DNA of 63,578 nucleotides, the filler included, from Globobulimina sp. (lineage: Eukaryota), in NCBI GenBank assembly GCA_003354225.1. It is 35 parts of 35 records of this genome, joined end to end, with 100 filler letters (N's around TTAATTAATTAA, not from the genome) between each part and the next. Parts side by side here need not be neighbours in the genome. Positions count along the whole stretch, not along the records: positions 1 to 1,721 come from PIVH01012716.1; positions 1,822 to 3,542 come from PIVH01012717.1; positions 3,643 to 5,363 come from PIVH01012718.1; positions 5,464 to 7,184 come from PIVH01012719.1; positions 7,285 to 9,005 come from PIVH01012720.1; positions 9,106 to 10,826 come from PIVH01012721.1; positions 10,927 to 12,646 come from PIVH01012722.1; 28 more parts are not named here. One strand, given 5' to 3'. Position numbers and translations under genes: made by a program. The notes beneath the pieces were generated by a model. That model searched no databases. It saw only the letters and a list, made by a program, of their open reading frames with translations, and had not been told where the DNA came from. Shown one piece after another: positions 1-12,746 of the stretch. Each line of letters starts with the position of its first letter. Positions within the stretch are counted from its first letter, which is position 1.

Positions 1-671
1 GCGGCACTATTGCAGAGGCAACAGATTGCGGCGGCGCAACAGCAAATAAATCAAATGAATCAAATTAATTTAATACGTAATGCTGCGGCCCAACAGCAAC
101 AGCAACAGCAACAGCAACAACAACAACAAGCACAAATTAATTCACATTTATTGAGACGATAAAAAATCTAAATAAATAAAAATAATGACATTTTAAAATT
201 TTTAATATAAAAAACATATCCCTGCCAGACTCTGTTTTGTGACAGATGATAAATTTAAATGTTTGTGTTAATCTTTTGGTTTTGTTTCCGTCTGTTTTGT
301 TTTGTTTTTTTTTGTTTTTATATATTGTTGGTTAATGGTTCTTGTTGTTGAATTTATTTTACTTCCAAATAGAAACTTGTGGATTTGATACTGCTCTGAG
401 CCTACAGTATCAACTTTGTTTGAACGATATATTACATTGGATAACCCCTTGTATACCGAAAATTTATAACAAATACAGTTTCTGGATTTGCAAAGCGTTT
501 TCAGATAATTGAATAAAATGTATACACCTTATCGATTTGGTGATTTCATTGCCATCATCATCAAACCATTCTGTTTGTTTTGCTTCCTTTCGTATTCTTT
601 TGGTTTATACACCTAGGTTTTCCAAAAAGTAAGATGGAAATAACTCTGTTGCTAAAAGCTCTACTCTAGTA

Positions 672-1721
672 ATGGGCAAGAAACAACACTCCAAAGACAG
701 ATTATTTATAACCCGAACCGAATGGAACAATGAATGGGGTGGTTACAAAGAAAAGAAAACGCATTTCCATCAATTACCATTTTATTGTTGTGCTTTATCA
801 TTGAAGCCATTCCAACATCCATACTGTACAAAAGATGGCTATCTATTTGATTTAACGTATGTTTATATTCATGACCATCAGAGCAAGGATACGATTCATG
901 ACATGTCACACTGACACACAGTGCTATTTTGCCCTACGTCAAAAAGAACAAAACGCATCCTATCACCGGACAAAAACTATCAGTCAAAGATTTAATCAAA
1001 TTAACATTTTATAAAAACGACGATGATGAATATCACTGTCCAATTACAAACAAAATATTTAACAAATCGTCATACATTGTCAGCATCAGTAAAACAGGCA
1101 ATGTTTACAGTTATGATGCCATCAAACAACTAAATATCAATAAAAACGATTTCAAAGATCTGATGGATAATACCCCATTCGCACAAAGTGATATTATCAC
1201 AATACAAAACCCGAAGGATCCATCAAGACGACAAATACAAAATTTTGTGCACATCGCACGTTCAAATAACAATAACAATAACAGCAATAACGAGAATGAC
1301 CACTATAAGATTGATGAGACCAGCAATAACCATCCAGACACAGACAGTAATTATGTGAATCATAACTTGCTCACTAACCATGCACAAATCCGCCACAATT
1401 CAGCCACAAAACGTATCTTTGCACAAATTAAAGCAGAGAATGATAAGAAAGGGCCACCCACAAAAAAGATCAAGTTATCTCAACCAAAACAAACCTTAAC
1501 AAAGAACAAAATAAATGAGTATGGATTGTATAACAAATATACAACCGGAAAAATGGCAGCTTCCTTTACGAGCACTGTGATGGCCCCGGTCTACAAAGAC
1601 GAACTTCAGCCGTTTACAGAGGAGCAAGTTCGCAAAGAAAAATGGCGAAATGTCAAAGGTCATGGCAAGAAAGGCTATGCTCGGCTCGTTACAAATATGG
1701 GCAGTTTAAATTTCTTATTAG
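672..1721 (+). CDS. PPIL2: U-box/cyclophilin peptidyl-prolyl isomerase-like 2 (Cyp60), 3'-truncated; intron 857-921
   Basis: MGKKQHSKDRLFIT..EW, LPFYCCALSLKPF..P.CTKDG.LFD, HCPITNKIF, YTTGKMAASFTST, and KKGYARLVTNMGSLN at the cyclophilin start; the GT..AG intron joins the two ORFs in frame. Confidence 0.9.
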
Positions 1722-1821
1722 NNNNNNNNNNNNNNNNNNNNNNNNNNNNNNNNNNNNNNNNNNNNTTAATTAATTAANNNNNNNNNNNNNNNNNNNNNNN
1801 NNNNNNNNNNNNNNNNNNNNN
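1722..1821. other. Artificial contig-joining spacer (N44-TTAATTAATTAA-N44), repeated about every 1.82 kb through the window
   Basis: Identical N-run plus six-frame-stop linker recurs between all contigs; contig lengths fall steadily from about 1721 to 1718 nt. Confidence 0.99.
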
Positions 1822-3797
1822 AAGCTACTATGGGTGCTTTGCCTATGATCTGTAATGTCACGAATTGTTTTATCTTTCGGGGCATACCATTTTATATGGT
1901 AATTATTATTGGCAACTGCTTGTTGTAAAATTAAGTCGTTCTCAACATAGTTGTTTTTGAGTATGAAGTCGTACAATGCCAAGATTTTCGTCGCACTCCT
2001 ATTAAAAGCATGGAGCTGTCTGTAAACCGTGAGTTCAGAGGTTTCGTTGATATAAGGAATCTTCTTGAAACGAATCGGAATATGTGACGGAAAATGGTTT
2101 ACAATGAAGGATTTAATCGGATGGTAGCGATGTTGTGGCATTCGCATAGTTATCCATCTCAACGATTTATCCATCATAATTTTGAGATAGCGGTATATTT
2201 TGCGTAGACGGTGTTGATATCGCTCAATGAAACGGTACAGAGACTGCGTGTGTTTGTGATCTTTGGTGCTTATCATGTATCCCGTTACGCATTCAGTTTG
2301 GATCACATTTGTGTAATGATTGAAATAGTTATGGATGGAATATGTTGTTTTGATTCCGAGATAGAATCGATTATTTTGTAGCATATCAAGTGCAGAGCGG
2401 AATTGCTTCCGGTCACTAGTGTTTTGTATATATTTCTTTTTGAGAGTGATTAAAGCAAGAATTGGCATTGAATGTAATTTAAAATAAGGAGAATGGTTCA
2501 GTGCATTGGTAGTGACAATACTCACCGCCTGCAAATCAATGAACATATTTACGAAAAAAGAAGAGTAAAATCTGGATAAAATTAGGAAAAAACATAGGTG
2601 GTAAGAATATGAATTAGTAGGAAAAAAAGAAGTAAAATGGGTGTTAAAATTGTAAGTATTTGAAAAAAAAGAAGAATTAACACATAAAAATAGTGAAAAA
2701 AGAGGGTTGAAGGTGATGTAAATGCATTTTATATGATATAAACATAGAAATAATAATAGAAAAAATAGATAGGAAGATATTGGGTTTAGGCGCAAATTGG
2801 AATGTTTTATGACGATCGGGCTGATACAGCCATTATTGTAGCAGTCGGACATAGCGATTATGGCTCATCAATGAAGTCATAATTATCGTCGTCGGCGTTG
2901 TTATTAATGTTGTTGTTATTATTATTACTCATTGGCTCATTATCCACTTCTTCATCGCTCTCATTTTTGTCATCATCGTCGGCGTCGTCAATATCCTCAT
3001 TTGAGTCATCATCATTTTGAATGGCGAATTTTCTGACAACTTTGGTTCGAGTGCGAAGTGTGACGCCTTCATTTTGTTTAATTAATAGCGATTCCAAGGC
3101 ATTTTCATCCACAATCAAGTCATTTTGGGCGGAGACAGTTATGATTTTATGGAACAAAAGGTTGCCAATATCATTATGTTGGAATTTTGCGGCAATTTCA
3201 GGATGGAATGTGAGTCCCAACTGATCCATTGTATGCATTTCACTCCACACGACCGCCAAGCCATTGATTGTAAGGTCTTTGATACGGGAAATAGCGAATG
3301 AATGGTAATAAGTGATTAACGTATGCTCACTCGGCGCGTCTTTGAGGATGCGCGCCGGATTGTTCTTGACTCATGGTCGGGGCAGCGCTTGGATGCCGAA
3401 TGGAGAAGGCAGCCTCACCCCTCCGCTTGGCCTTGCCCCCCGGAGAGGAGGTTTCTTAGGCACGTCGTCTGCCCTCATCTCCTGGCCCCCGGACTCCTGG
3501 AAGGAAACCTTGATTACGAAGTTAAGGATCTTGGAAATATCANNNNNNNNNNNNNNNNNNNNNNNNNNNNNNNNNNNNNNNNNNNNTTAATTAATTAANN
3601 NNNNNNNNNNNNNNNNNNNNNNNNNNNNNNNNNNNNNNNNNNTTCCAATTCATTCTGCGCCTCCCTCTGTTCAAGTTCAAGTTCAAGTTCATTTACTCTC
3701 GTATTAAGATTCACATTACACCACAAAGTTGCAGTTTGGAATGAGAGCGAAAATATCACAATAAAATAACAAAACAACCTGACTAAGTCAATAAAAA

Positions 3798-5250
3798 CTA
3801 AACGTCAACATAAAAATATTTTGATTTTTTAACAATTTCTCTGAAATGGGCATTCTGATTCAAATTTGTTATTTCTTTCTTTTCATTGTTAAAGTCACTT
3901 TTTAATGAGTTCCATAGTTTGGCAGTTTTGTTGAAGAATATGGCTGAGGTTGTGTCCGTTCTGGCGGCAAGACTAACCACATGTCCATGTGAGGGGCGAT
4001 ACAATCGCTCACTTCTTCTGACATTCTGTTGATTTTGTTCGGTTGTAAAATCTACTTGGCAGTATCTTTGGCCATTGTAGTATTTCCAAAATAGTTCTAT
4101 ACTTCGGGTGGCTGTTTGTAGCCAGATCGGGACCCATGTTTTTCCACTAATATTTGTTGCTCTTTGTTGAAGGACGTCATATGGTTCAACGAAATTGTTT
4201 AGGTACTGTTGAAGAAAGTATTTTTGTACCTTTTCCAATTTCGATCGCCATATGGCCCCCTTGGGGTACCAAATTTCAATAGCATACATTAGTTGTGGTA
4301 CTATTACAGCCTTAAATACTTTTTCTAATACAGCTCTAGGTGTAGAATGCCTAAAAAGTCTCACTATTGCCCCAATGGCCCTTTTGGCCTTTAGTGAAAC
4401 TGTTTGAGCATGATGAGCAAATGTTAGACGATGGTCTACTGTTATTCCTAGATATTTAAATTCTTCCACTTGCTCAATCGGGTCCGGACCCAAAGTGATG
4501 TTAGTGACCAGGCAGGGAGGGGAGGGATGTAAACCAAATATAATGTATTTGGTTTTTGAATGATTTAATTTTAATTTTAAAGTGTTTGTAAGATTATAAA
4601 TATGGTCAACATCACTTTGGAGTTCCAATTCCGATTGTACAGTAGGAACAGGTTTTAATATACAACAGTCATCTGCATACATATAAATTTTTGTACCAGG
4701 TGTAAAATTTTTCTTACCTAAGCAATCAATATAACCTATAAACAGATCTGCTGCTATACAACTACCTTGTGGCACACCAGATGTTACATTTCTCACTGTT
4801 GATAGTTCATTTTCAATTCTAACTTGATATTTTCTTTCTGCTAAATAAGAAGCCAACCACCGCAGCAGTAAATTTGAGAAACCATATATTTCTTGCATTT
4901 TGAGCAGTAATGCGCCATGGGGTACAGTATCAAAGGCAGCTTTTATGTCAAGGAAGACAGCTGCAACTTTTTTGCTTGAGTCAATTCCACAGGCAACATC
5001 ATGTAGAAAATTTGCCAAACAGTCTGTGGTCGATCTTGATTTTCTGAATCCAAATTGGGCGTCTGATATTTTTCCTTCATAGTGTTTCCAGATCAAGCGT
5101 TTGACATGTTTTTCGAGAATTTTCGATATTATAGATAGTAAAGATATTGGTCGAAAATCACGTACTGTTTTTGGTGGTCGAATTTTTGGCACAGGACTGA
5201 CATAAGCTAATTTCCAATCCATTGGTACTGTTCCTTCATGTAGGGATCGA
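3798..5250 (-). mobile_element. Non-LTR retrotransposon (CR1/L2-like) reverse transcriptase, 5'-truncated
   Basis: FRPISLLSIISKILE, QFGFRKSRST, FLDIKAAFDTV, GVPQGS, YADD, FKYLGI. Confidence 0.93.
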
Positions 5251-5463
5251 TTGAAAAAATATTATTATTAAATATTATTAAATATTATGTAGGTACAGTC
5301 ACAGTATGTATGTAGTCAAAAAACATAAAACAATCCACATACAGATACAATGTAAGCTCTGGANNNNNNNNNNNNNNNNNNNNNNNNNNNNNNNNNNNNN
5401 NNNNNNNTTAATTAATTAANNNNNNNNNNNNNNNNNNNNNNNNNNNNNNNNNNNNNNNNNNNN

Positions 5464-6646
5464 TGATAATCTTGCCATTGACGTTCCTGATCCTCTATCA
5501 CTTGATTTGCAGCCTCAAATACCTTCGCGATCCAAATCTTGGATTGGTTCCAATAGGCTCCGCCAATGGATTCAGAGGCATCCACCACTACAAATAGTGT
5601 CATATTGGACCAGGCGCACACATCTGGCGATATAATGATGGGATTGGACGGGATGTAGATGGCCGTGGGAGCCGGCGTGGGCACCGTAGTGGGTTGGTGT
5701 GTGGGTGAGGGGGAAGGACGGCCAGTGGGCGGGTCCGTGTACGCCGTGCATTCTTTATGAAGGTCAACGCAATGTATCTCTGTGTATGGCTTATGGACTC
5801 GGCTAAAAAAGCCCGTCATATATGGTCCTTCGCCGGGAGGACTCGCGCCGTCTAAGGCACCTTCCACCGACGAGACGGTGGTGATGCAAAAGGGGTCTTT
5901 GCCGCTTTTGGGTTTGATCCATTCGTCGCCTTCAGTGGTTCGCCAATTCCGGTACCACCAGCCATGAATATACGGCAATCCATTGGGCGCGGTGTAAAAC
6001 TCGCGATGTGAATCGGTGATGGTGCCGATTGTACGGCCTCTTTGGATCTTAAACTGTGCAATGTCGTCGGGGTCGCCTTATTGGTTTTATGTTGTTGTTA
6101 ATTTAATGTGTTGTTATGGTTTGTAATACATTTGTAATGTTTTTGTAAAAACACACCATTATCAATGAAATCCACTTCCCAGATTTTCCATTGATCGATG
6201 GGATTGGAGGTGGGGTCGCCTTGTCCCGTGATTACAAATTCGTTGCCACCAATACAGGCACTTAGACACTCCGCAATCGTGGCATTGGGGCCGGAGGCAT
6301 TGAGCGTGCTGTAACAGTCCAAACAGCCGGTATTGTTTGGATTGGTTTGGTTGGAGACTGCAAGTGCAGTGAACATTAATTGTGGGAAATAGTATTCAAA
6401 GTATATAAATCCATCAGAAATGAAAAAATATGCTTCTGCCGTGTTTTGTAAGAAACGAAACCAGCCATCGTAAGATGGCCAACTTTCACATAAATCATAT
6501 ATTTCATCGCTTGTTTTTCTGATCAATTTACTGGACGGTAGTTCAGGAATAGCTATTGTTCTACCATTGGATTGTGATAATATTAAATTAAAATGTACAA
6601 AATATAAAAATGCTAATAATAACGCTAAATACCATTTATTACTCAT
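5464..6646 (-). CDS. Secreted or surface protein with a PT-rich linker and the start of a VWA domain; intron 6077-6156; 3'-truncated
   Basis: N-terminal signal peptide, PTGRPSPSPTHQPTTVPTPAPT linker, LFVVVDASESI (DxSxS MIDAS); splicing joins the ORFs in frame. Confidence 0.7.
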
Positions 6647-7467
6647 TTTTGTTTTAATTTAAATACAAAAGTAGACTCACGAACGGATTAAATCCTTCGA
6701 AAAACAGGCTACTCAAAAACGTTTTGTTTACAACATTTACAGCAACGCTTTATTTATTGTCGAAGATGTTTTTCGCCTTCCCCAAAAACCTACTTTTCAC
6801 CCTTTTCATTTTTACTACATATCAACCAATACTCCCACCACCACTACTACAAATTCTATTGAACATTCAAAACCCACACACAACGAATAATGCATCAACT
6901 TGATGCAAGTGCCAAACCATTTGATCCTTTAAGCAATTGTATTGCTGGTCAAATGGATACACAATTTATATTATTCTCCAGATTGCAATTATTAAACACT
7001 ACAATGAAACAATTACAACATCAAATGAACACACTGTCAATACCTACATTAAAACAAATAAACCAACGAATGATGGATGCAAATCTAAATCAATATTATA
7101 TAATAAATCCTGTATTCTATTTACAACTACAACAGCAACAAAATAATTGGATTCAAATTGTCCAATTTCAACAATCTCAGTCTCNNNNNNNNNNNNNNNN
7201 NNNNNNNNNNNNNNNNNNNNNNNNNNNNTTAATTAATTAANNNNNNNNNNNNNNNNNNNNNNNNNNNNNNNNNNNNNNNNNNNNATTATAATTTCTACTT
7301 TATTTTGATCGGTATGTACACAAAGGCCGGGTGCTTGTTTCAAAACTCTTCGTTGAGGTACTTCATCACAAAAACAAGTTTCATCTGTACTTATAAGATC
7401 ATCTCCTAACCGACAAACACCAATCATATAACAAAAAAAACAATTAAAAAAAATATCAAATTACATT

Positions 7468-8611
7468 ATGACTTACACAGAAGCAGAGAGCCAAGCATTA
7501 TCAGTTGTAAGTATTATAATGAGTATAATATCATTAGGCTGTTGCTTATTTATTATATTTTGTTGGATTGTATTTGAAGATCTTCGCAAATTGGCCTATG
7601 CTTTCGTGTTTTACATGGCCATAGCAACGACAATAAGACAGTTTTCTAAAACATGGGGTGGTAATTTCAAACAAGATAACCCGTTTTGTACCATACAAGC
7701 ATTTTTAATGGTATATGGTGGTTTATCCACATTTTATTGGATAATGTCAATTGCGTTAATTATGTATACAATGATATTCCATCCATTCATATGGCGTAAA
7801 GAACAAAACATCACTAAATATAATAAAATATCATTAGTCGTAAATTATTCAGTACCATTATTATTTGCATTGCTTCCTGTATTCACTGATAGTTACGCAC
7901 CAACCGGAGGTATGTATATATAACATATGGTATACAAAATTATTTGCGTTGTTGGCAACAGGTTGGTGTTGGATAAGTGGACAAACAACAAAAGGCAAAA
8001 TATTTCGATGGGTATCATTTTACGGGCAATTAGTGGTAATATTGACATTTTGTATTTTTGCGTATTGCCGGATATATTTTTATTTGAAGTTCAGCAAAAA
8101 CGCTTCGGATTTAAAGAATACGCATAAAATGTATAATAGGATTAAATTTTATCCATTATGTTTAGTATTGGGCTTTTCCGTTGCAATGATCCGTAGATTC
8201 ATTGAATTATGGGATGTAGATTTGGGTTTTGGTTGGGCGATGGCCACAAGTGTCACAACTGGTTTATTCGGATTTTTTCTATTAATGGTTTATGGACGAT
8301 TGGGTAAATTAAGTAAATTATTTAAAGCAAAATACGCATTTTGTGTGCCTATATGTGATGAAATGTGCTGTTGTTTGGGAAAACATAATGATGTGATAAC
8401 TGAAAACGAAACAACAAATACATTCTATGATGAATCGAACAAAAAAGAAAAAAATAAGAGTGTTGCAATTGTGAATTTAACTGCGCCAAATAAAGCTGGT
8501 ATAATATTATCAGAAGTAGAATTATCTGAGGGTAAATTGAAAGTGTTGCAAGAATCTGCAAAGCAAATCAATGAACATAACCCAGAAAAAGAGACTATTG
8601 CTCATACATAA
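7468..8611 (+). CDS. cAMP-receptor-like (CAR/GCR1 family) 7TM GPCR; intron 7910-7961
   Basis: Seven hydrophobic segments, FCTIQAFL, spliced GGWCWI, RIKFYPL. Confidence 0.85.
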
Positions 8612-9123
8612 ATTCTTGTATATAATTAATACAAAAACGTATGTTTTGTGTCAAGTTTCCATTGTTTTTTTTTTATTGAAATGTTTATTGTTTGCCATCT
8701 GTTATTTACAGAGTCTGCACATATTTTTATTATTTTAAATATCTGTTATACAAAATGCATTGAAATATGCTATACAAAATAACCCATGGTCAGCAAAAAC
8801 ACATGTGATCGGGTAAGATTTCCTACAGACTCATGGGACTGAATGTTTTTTTATTAACAATTTTAATTAATAACAATTTCAATATAAATCAAACATGCAT
8901 ACGAGTTACAAATGACCAGAATGAATGAAAAACTATTTTTTGTTCAATCTCCATTCTTTGTGGAATTTATTACCTCGCGTCGCTTCAAAGTAATTGTCCT
9001 CTTTANNNNNNNNNNNNNNNNNNNNNNNNNNNNNNNNNNNNNNNNNNNNTTAATTAATTAANNNNNNNNNNNNNNNNNNNNNNNNNNNNNNNNNNNNNNN
9101 NNNNNATATTTACCTCAGAGGAT

Positions 9124-9768
9124 ATGTATTTTATCGATGAGTTGATTGAACTGATTGATACAGAGAGTGATAGATTATATACAGATGGTTTTAAATGGAA
9201 TATTATTCTGAATCATGATGATACAAAACCTGCGATTGGCTCCGCCAAATTCCGTACAGAAAAGTATAAGAATATGGTGATTGATAATTCATCCGATTCA
9301 GATTGGGACCATGATGTAATTGTCGGTGCATTGTCATCACTGTTACTTCAGGCGTCAAACGCAAAGTATATTGTTCATACAAAATCAAGTTCGTGGCTGG
9401 ATAATTTATGGAATATTGGAGCTCAATTAAACTGTGAGTCGATATTTTATAGTCAACAAATGGAGATTCACGGATTTGGATCAAATGATATTGATATACC
9501 TGTTTTTTTACATAATCAGAATAAAAGATATCACAATTTTGACAAATTTTGTTTTGAATTGAAGCAACAGGGATTATTAAATAAGAAAACAAAATGGAAA
9601 CATATTTTGTTTCCGCCAGATATTTGGGAACAAATTCATGTTTTAAACTTGAATGAAAAACTGTTTGGAGATAAATTTGGTGTTGACATTTTGAAGAATG
9701 GATGGGATAATTTTTGTGATAGATATACAAAGCCACCATTTGTAACGAATGACGATGTTGGTGTATGA
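9124..9768 (+). CDS. Hypothetical protein C-terminal fragment, weakly glycosyltransferase-like
   Basis: Open 214-aa frame; LLLQASNAKYIVHTKSSSW resembles the xxLLSxxxxIVxTxxSSF motif of fucosyltransferase-like enzymes. Confidence 0.3.
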   Translation: MYFIDELIELIDTESDRLYTDGFKWNIILNHDDTKPAIGSAKFRTEKYKNMVIDNSSDSDWDHDVIVGALSSLLLQASNAKYIVHTKSSSWLDNLWNIGAQLNCESIFYSQQMEIHGFGSNDIDIPVFLHNQNKRYHNFDKFCFELKQQGLLNKKTKWKHILFPPDIWEQIHVLNLNEKLFGDKFGVDILKNGWDNFCDRYTKPPFVTNDDVGV

Positions 9769-9883
9769 CACTTAGAGGATCAATCAATCAAATCTGTTAT
9801 TGATTGGTTTTGCGAGCTAATTAACATCATTAGTAACGTCATTATCATTGTATGTTGAAACTCTTTCGCATATTACTTCAGTA

Positions 9884-10780
9884 CTAAATCCTTTGGATTA
9901 TTTTGGACCTCAACAATAGCAACATAATGAATGCAATGCCAGCAGAGCCAGCACCAAAATAAAATGGTAATTTCGGATTATATTTAAATAATGCGCCATG
10001 AATGAGTGGTCCAATAATTCTTGAGATGAGGGATGAAACATTGATTATTCCCATTATATAGCCTCTATTTGATTCATTTGTATAATTTGATGCAAGTACA
10101 GACATTGAACTCGTCGCCATACTTTCTCCAAAACCGAAACATACAAACATTAATCCTATTGTTAGCCATAAATGATTTGTTAACATTGAGCTCTGCATAA
10201 AAAAAGCAAAGACAGCACATCCAAGTAAGCACGAATTGTAACAACCTATTTTTTTTGATATTTTATGATATAAATAGCCAGCCGTTAAAACATAGAAAAT
10301 TGCAAATCCAACAATTGTAATTCCACCTTGATACACTTTGAAATCATAAATCCGGATCATATATAATAGATACATGGATAAATAAGCTGTCCATCCAATC
10401 TGTTGAAGCATGAAAATAAAACACAGCATATATATTATCGGAGGAACTGCAAAATCAGAATCGATTTGATTTGGGTTTTCTTGATGTGATTCAATCAAAC
10501 GAAAATACGCAAGAATAAATCCGATTGCACCAAGAGCAGCTGCAGCAAAAAAAGCTGCTCTGAGACCAAACAGTGCTGCCATCACAGCGCCAATACCTGG
10601 ACCAATGACAAAAGCCATTCCAACGGCAGCGCAGGATAATGATAAATATTTATTTCGTTGCAGTTTATCTGGTATTACATCGGTAATAAATGCTTGGGCG
10701 ATAGGTTTGCTGCTTCCGAATAAACCACAAATAAATCTACATATTAATAATTGAACATAATTTTGTGCAAACCCCGTAAT
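9884..10780 (-). CDS. MFS transporter (DHA1/TetA-like), 5'-truncated
   Basis: Frame extends upstream of the listed ORF (RFICGLFGSSKPIAQAFITD); MAFVIGPGIG, RGYIMGI, RIIGPLIHG; multiple TM helices. Confidence 0.85.
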   Translation of the reverse strand: MTGFAQNYVQLLICRFICGLFGSSKPIAQAFITDVIPDKLQRNKYLSLSCAAVGMAFVIGPGIGAVMAALFGLRAAFFAAAALGAIGFILAYFRLIESHQENPNQIDSDFAVPPIIYMLCFIFMLQQIGWTAYLSMYLLYMIRIYDFKVYQGGITIVGFAIFYVLTAGYLYHKISKKIGCYNSCLLGCAVFAFFMQSSMLTNHLWLTIGLMFVCFGFGESMATSSMSVLASNYTNESNRGYIMGIINVSSLISRIIGPLIHGALFKYNPKLPFYFGAGSAGIAFIMLLLLRSKIIQRI

Positions 10781-10926
10781 TAACGCATACTGGTGTTTAA
10801 TATCGTACTAACTCAACCAACAACCANNNNNNNNNNNNNNNNNNNNNNNNNNNNNNNNNNNNNNNNNNNNTTAATTAATTAANNNNNNNNNNNNNNNNNN
10901 NNNNNNNNNNNNNNNNNNNNNNNNNN

Positions 10927-11226
10927 CAGAATGATGACATGCTGAGAAAAATTGTCGCCGCCGGTAATGTAAAAATAAGATCCAATCAATATAACGCGGA
11001 TACCGAAAACGCGGAATATGATACGCAAACTATGATAATTGTTTTAACAGGCAAGAATTCCAAGGTTTTCGACGGTAAAAATTCAATTACCGGCTCTAAA
11101 ATTATACTTTATCGCAAAGATGGGCGGTTCAAGGTTTTTGGAGGCAAGAAGGAGCGCGTAGAGGCAACTATTTTTTCAGGCGGTAAGGCTTCCGAGGCTT
11201 TCAAAGTAGAAAAATCTGAAGAATGA
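10927..11226 (+). CDS. lptA: Bacterial LPS transport periplasmic protein LptA/OstA family, C-terminal part
   Basis: KIVAAGNVKI..AEYD..IVLTG..KVFDGKNSITGSKIILY..GRFKV..ERVEATI is the OstA beta-jellyroll pattern; no introns. Confidence 0.8.
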   Translation, partial: QNDDMLRKIVAAGNVKIRSNQYNADTENAEYDTQTMIIVLTGKNSKVFDGKNSITGSKIILYRKDGRFKVFGGKKERVEATIFSGGKASEAFKVEKSEE

Positions 11227-11570
11227 GTGCTGAGTAATGAGGTCTGAGGACTGAGCGTGGGGCTGTTTCCAACGCTCGAATTCTCTTAACTCCAGATATA
11301 GTTGATTGGTTGATTGGTTAAGTGATTGTAATTATGGATTTATCCTATATTTGCAAAATAATTGGACACTCCATGTTTCGACAATCGTAACATTTTGAAA
11401 TTATAACTATAATTTACCTAATCAACCATTCAACCTGGAAACTATTCAACGAGGTCTGAACTCAGTCCTCATTACTCAATCCTCAGCACTCAGTCCTCAG
11501 CCCTCATTACTCAATCCTCAGCACTCAGTCCTCAACCCCCACTACTCAGTCCTCATTGCTCAGTCCTCGC
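11223..11570. repeat. Nested inverted arrays of short tandem repeats: (CTGAGGA/CTGAGTA)n, (TTGATTGG)n, (AATCAACC)n, (CTCAGTC/CTCAGCA)n
   Basis: tgagtgctgagtaatgaggtctgaggactgag; gttgattggttgattggtt; aatcaaccattcaacc; ctcagtcctcattactcaatcctcagcactcagtcctcag. Confidence 0.85.
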
Positions 11571-11850
11571 TACCCGGTCCTGATAAGTGCCTTCCTCTTT
11601 TCAATCTCTTTAATTTCTGCAACTCTTCAAATTTCAACAACAGTTGGATCCATTCACGAAACAGGGGTATCAATTGATCGGGTGCCTTCCGGTGAATCGC
11701 ATTCATCTTCAGCCTGTTTTCCGCTTCAGCAAGCGCATCGGCATATTCCAGGCGTTCAGGTTCCATAGCCAGCAGGTGTCGATAAATTTCCACAACTTTT
11801 TCCCAGTGGCCCTGGTCGGCATAAACTTTTGCCATTGTTTCTGTGTATAT
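11560..11850 (-). CDS. Small bacterial TPR-repeat protein; 5' end fused to unrelated AT-rich sequence
   Basis: YTETMAKVYADQGHWEKVVEIYRHLLAMEPER is one TPR; composition changes abruptly near 11850. Confidence 0.7.
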   Translation of the reverse strand: MYTETMAKVYADQGHWEKVVEIYRHLLAMEPERLEYADALAEAENRLKMNAIHRKAPDQLIPLFREWIQLLLKFEELQKLKRLKRGRHLSGPGSED

Positions 11851-12746
11851 TGCAAATCGAATGTTGTTCAGTTTTATTGTTGCCGTATTATATCGGATAT
11901 TGTGTGTTAATATTTTATTGGATTCAATCTTTGTTTGGGGTGTTGGATCAAAGCATTTATTGGAAATATTGTCATATATTTGCATATAATAAATCTCGGC
12001 AACAGAAAGTTTCAATTATGGATATGTTTGAAGATAATATATTAATCCATGGATATGCAATTTTAAGCAACAAAATGTTTATACCAAATATTTCAATGAT
12101 TATTTTGTCGTTTTTATACAGCGATTACGACAAAATGAAGCAATTACAACGAAAACAACTTGGTTATTTTGCAAGAAATATGTTTTACAGTTTAGCAGAC
12201 GACTTGTCCTAATGCTCCAAAATGGTATGGATCTCATTCCACGACTTCAACTTTTGGAGCTAAATCAGCTAATCGCCAACCACAATAAATCATAGTGTGT
12301 GAGTGCAGTGAGCGTCGTTGTACTTGCATTATGGGATTATTTGGAAATATCGACCTTTATACAATCCAAAGAAATGGTTATTGCTTGTTTGAAAAAGCTT
12401 CCTAACAAATGATTTTGTACTATTTAACTATTTTAATATGGTGATATTTCTTATGGGAAACATAGCAGTGATGACCAATCAAAATGTGTTTGCAATCACA
12501 ACAAAATTAAACACGCAAAATTATTCCATTTTTTGATAGCGTAAAATCTCAATTGAATTCCATAAAAATTGGTAGATATTGCAGGAATATATCCAGTATG
12601 TTTAACATCGAATTGCTTTGCCATACGATTTGCCATCAATCTCAAANNNNNNNNNNNNNNNNNNNNNNNNNNNNNNNNNNNNNNNNNNNNTTAATTAATT
12701 AANNNNNNNNNNNNNNNNNNNNNNNNNNNNNNNNNNNNNNNNNNNN

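Noticed and set aside
1-161. CAA/CAG repeat
   Set aside because: Ordinary polyglutamine C-terminus of a truncated gene.
1722-1821. Regularly spaced TTAATTAATTAA palindromes
   Set aside because: Artificial six-frame-stop linker inside N padding; ORFs ending X..LIN are artefacts.
3312-3542. GC-rich island at a contig end
   Set aside because: Abrupt composition switch with no recognisable product; likely chimeric foreign DNA and too short to call.
7910-7980. Intron-exon similarity in the GPCR intron (also PPIL2, Vid27 intron 1 and the VWA gene)
   Set aside because: Matches are too weak to separate from AT-rich chance by eye, so they were not counted as supporting cases.
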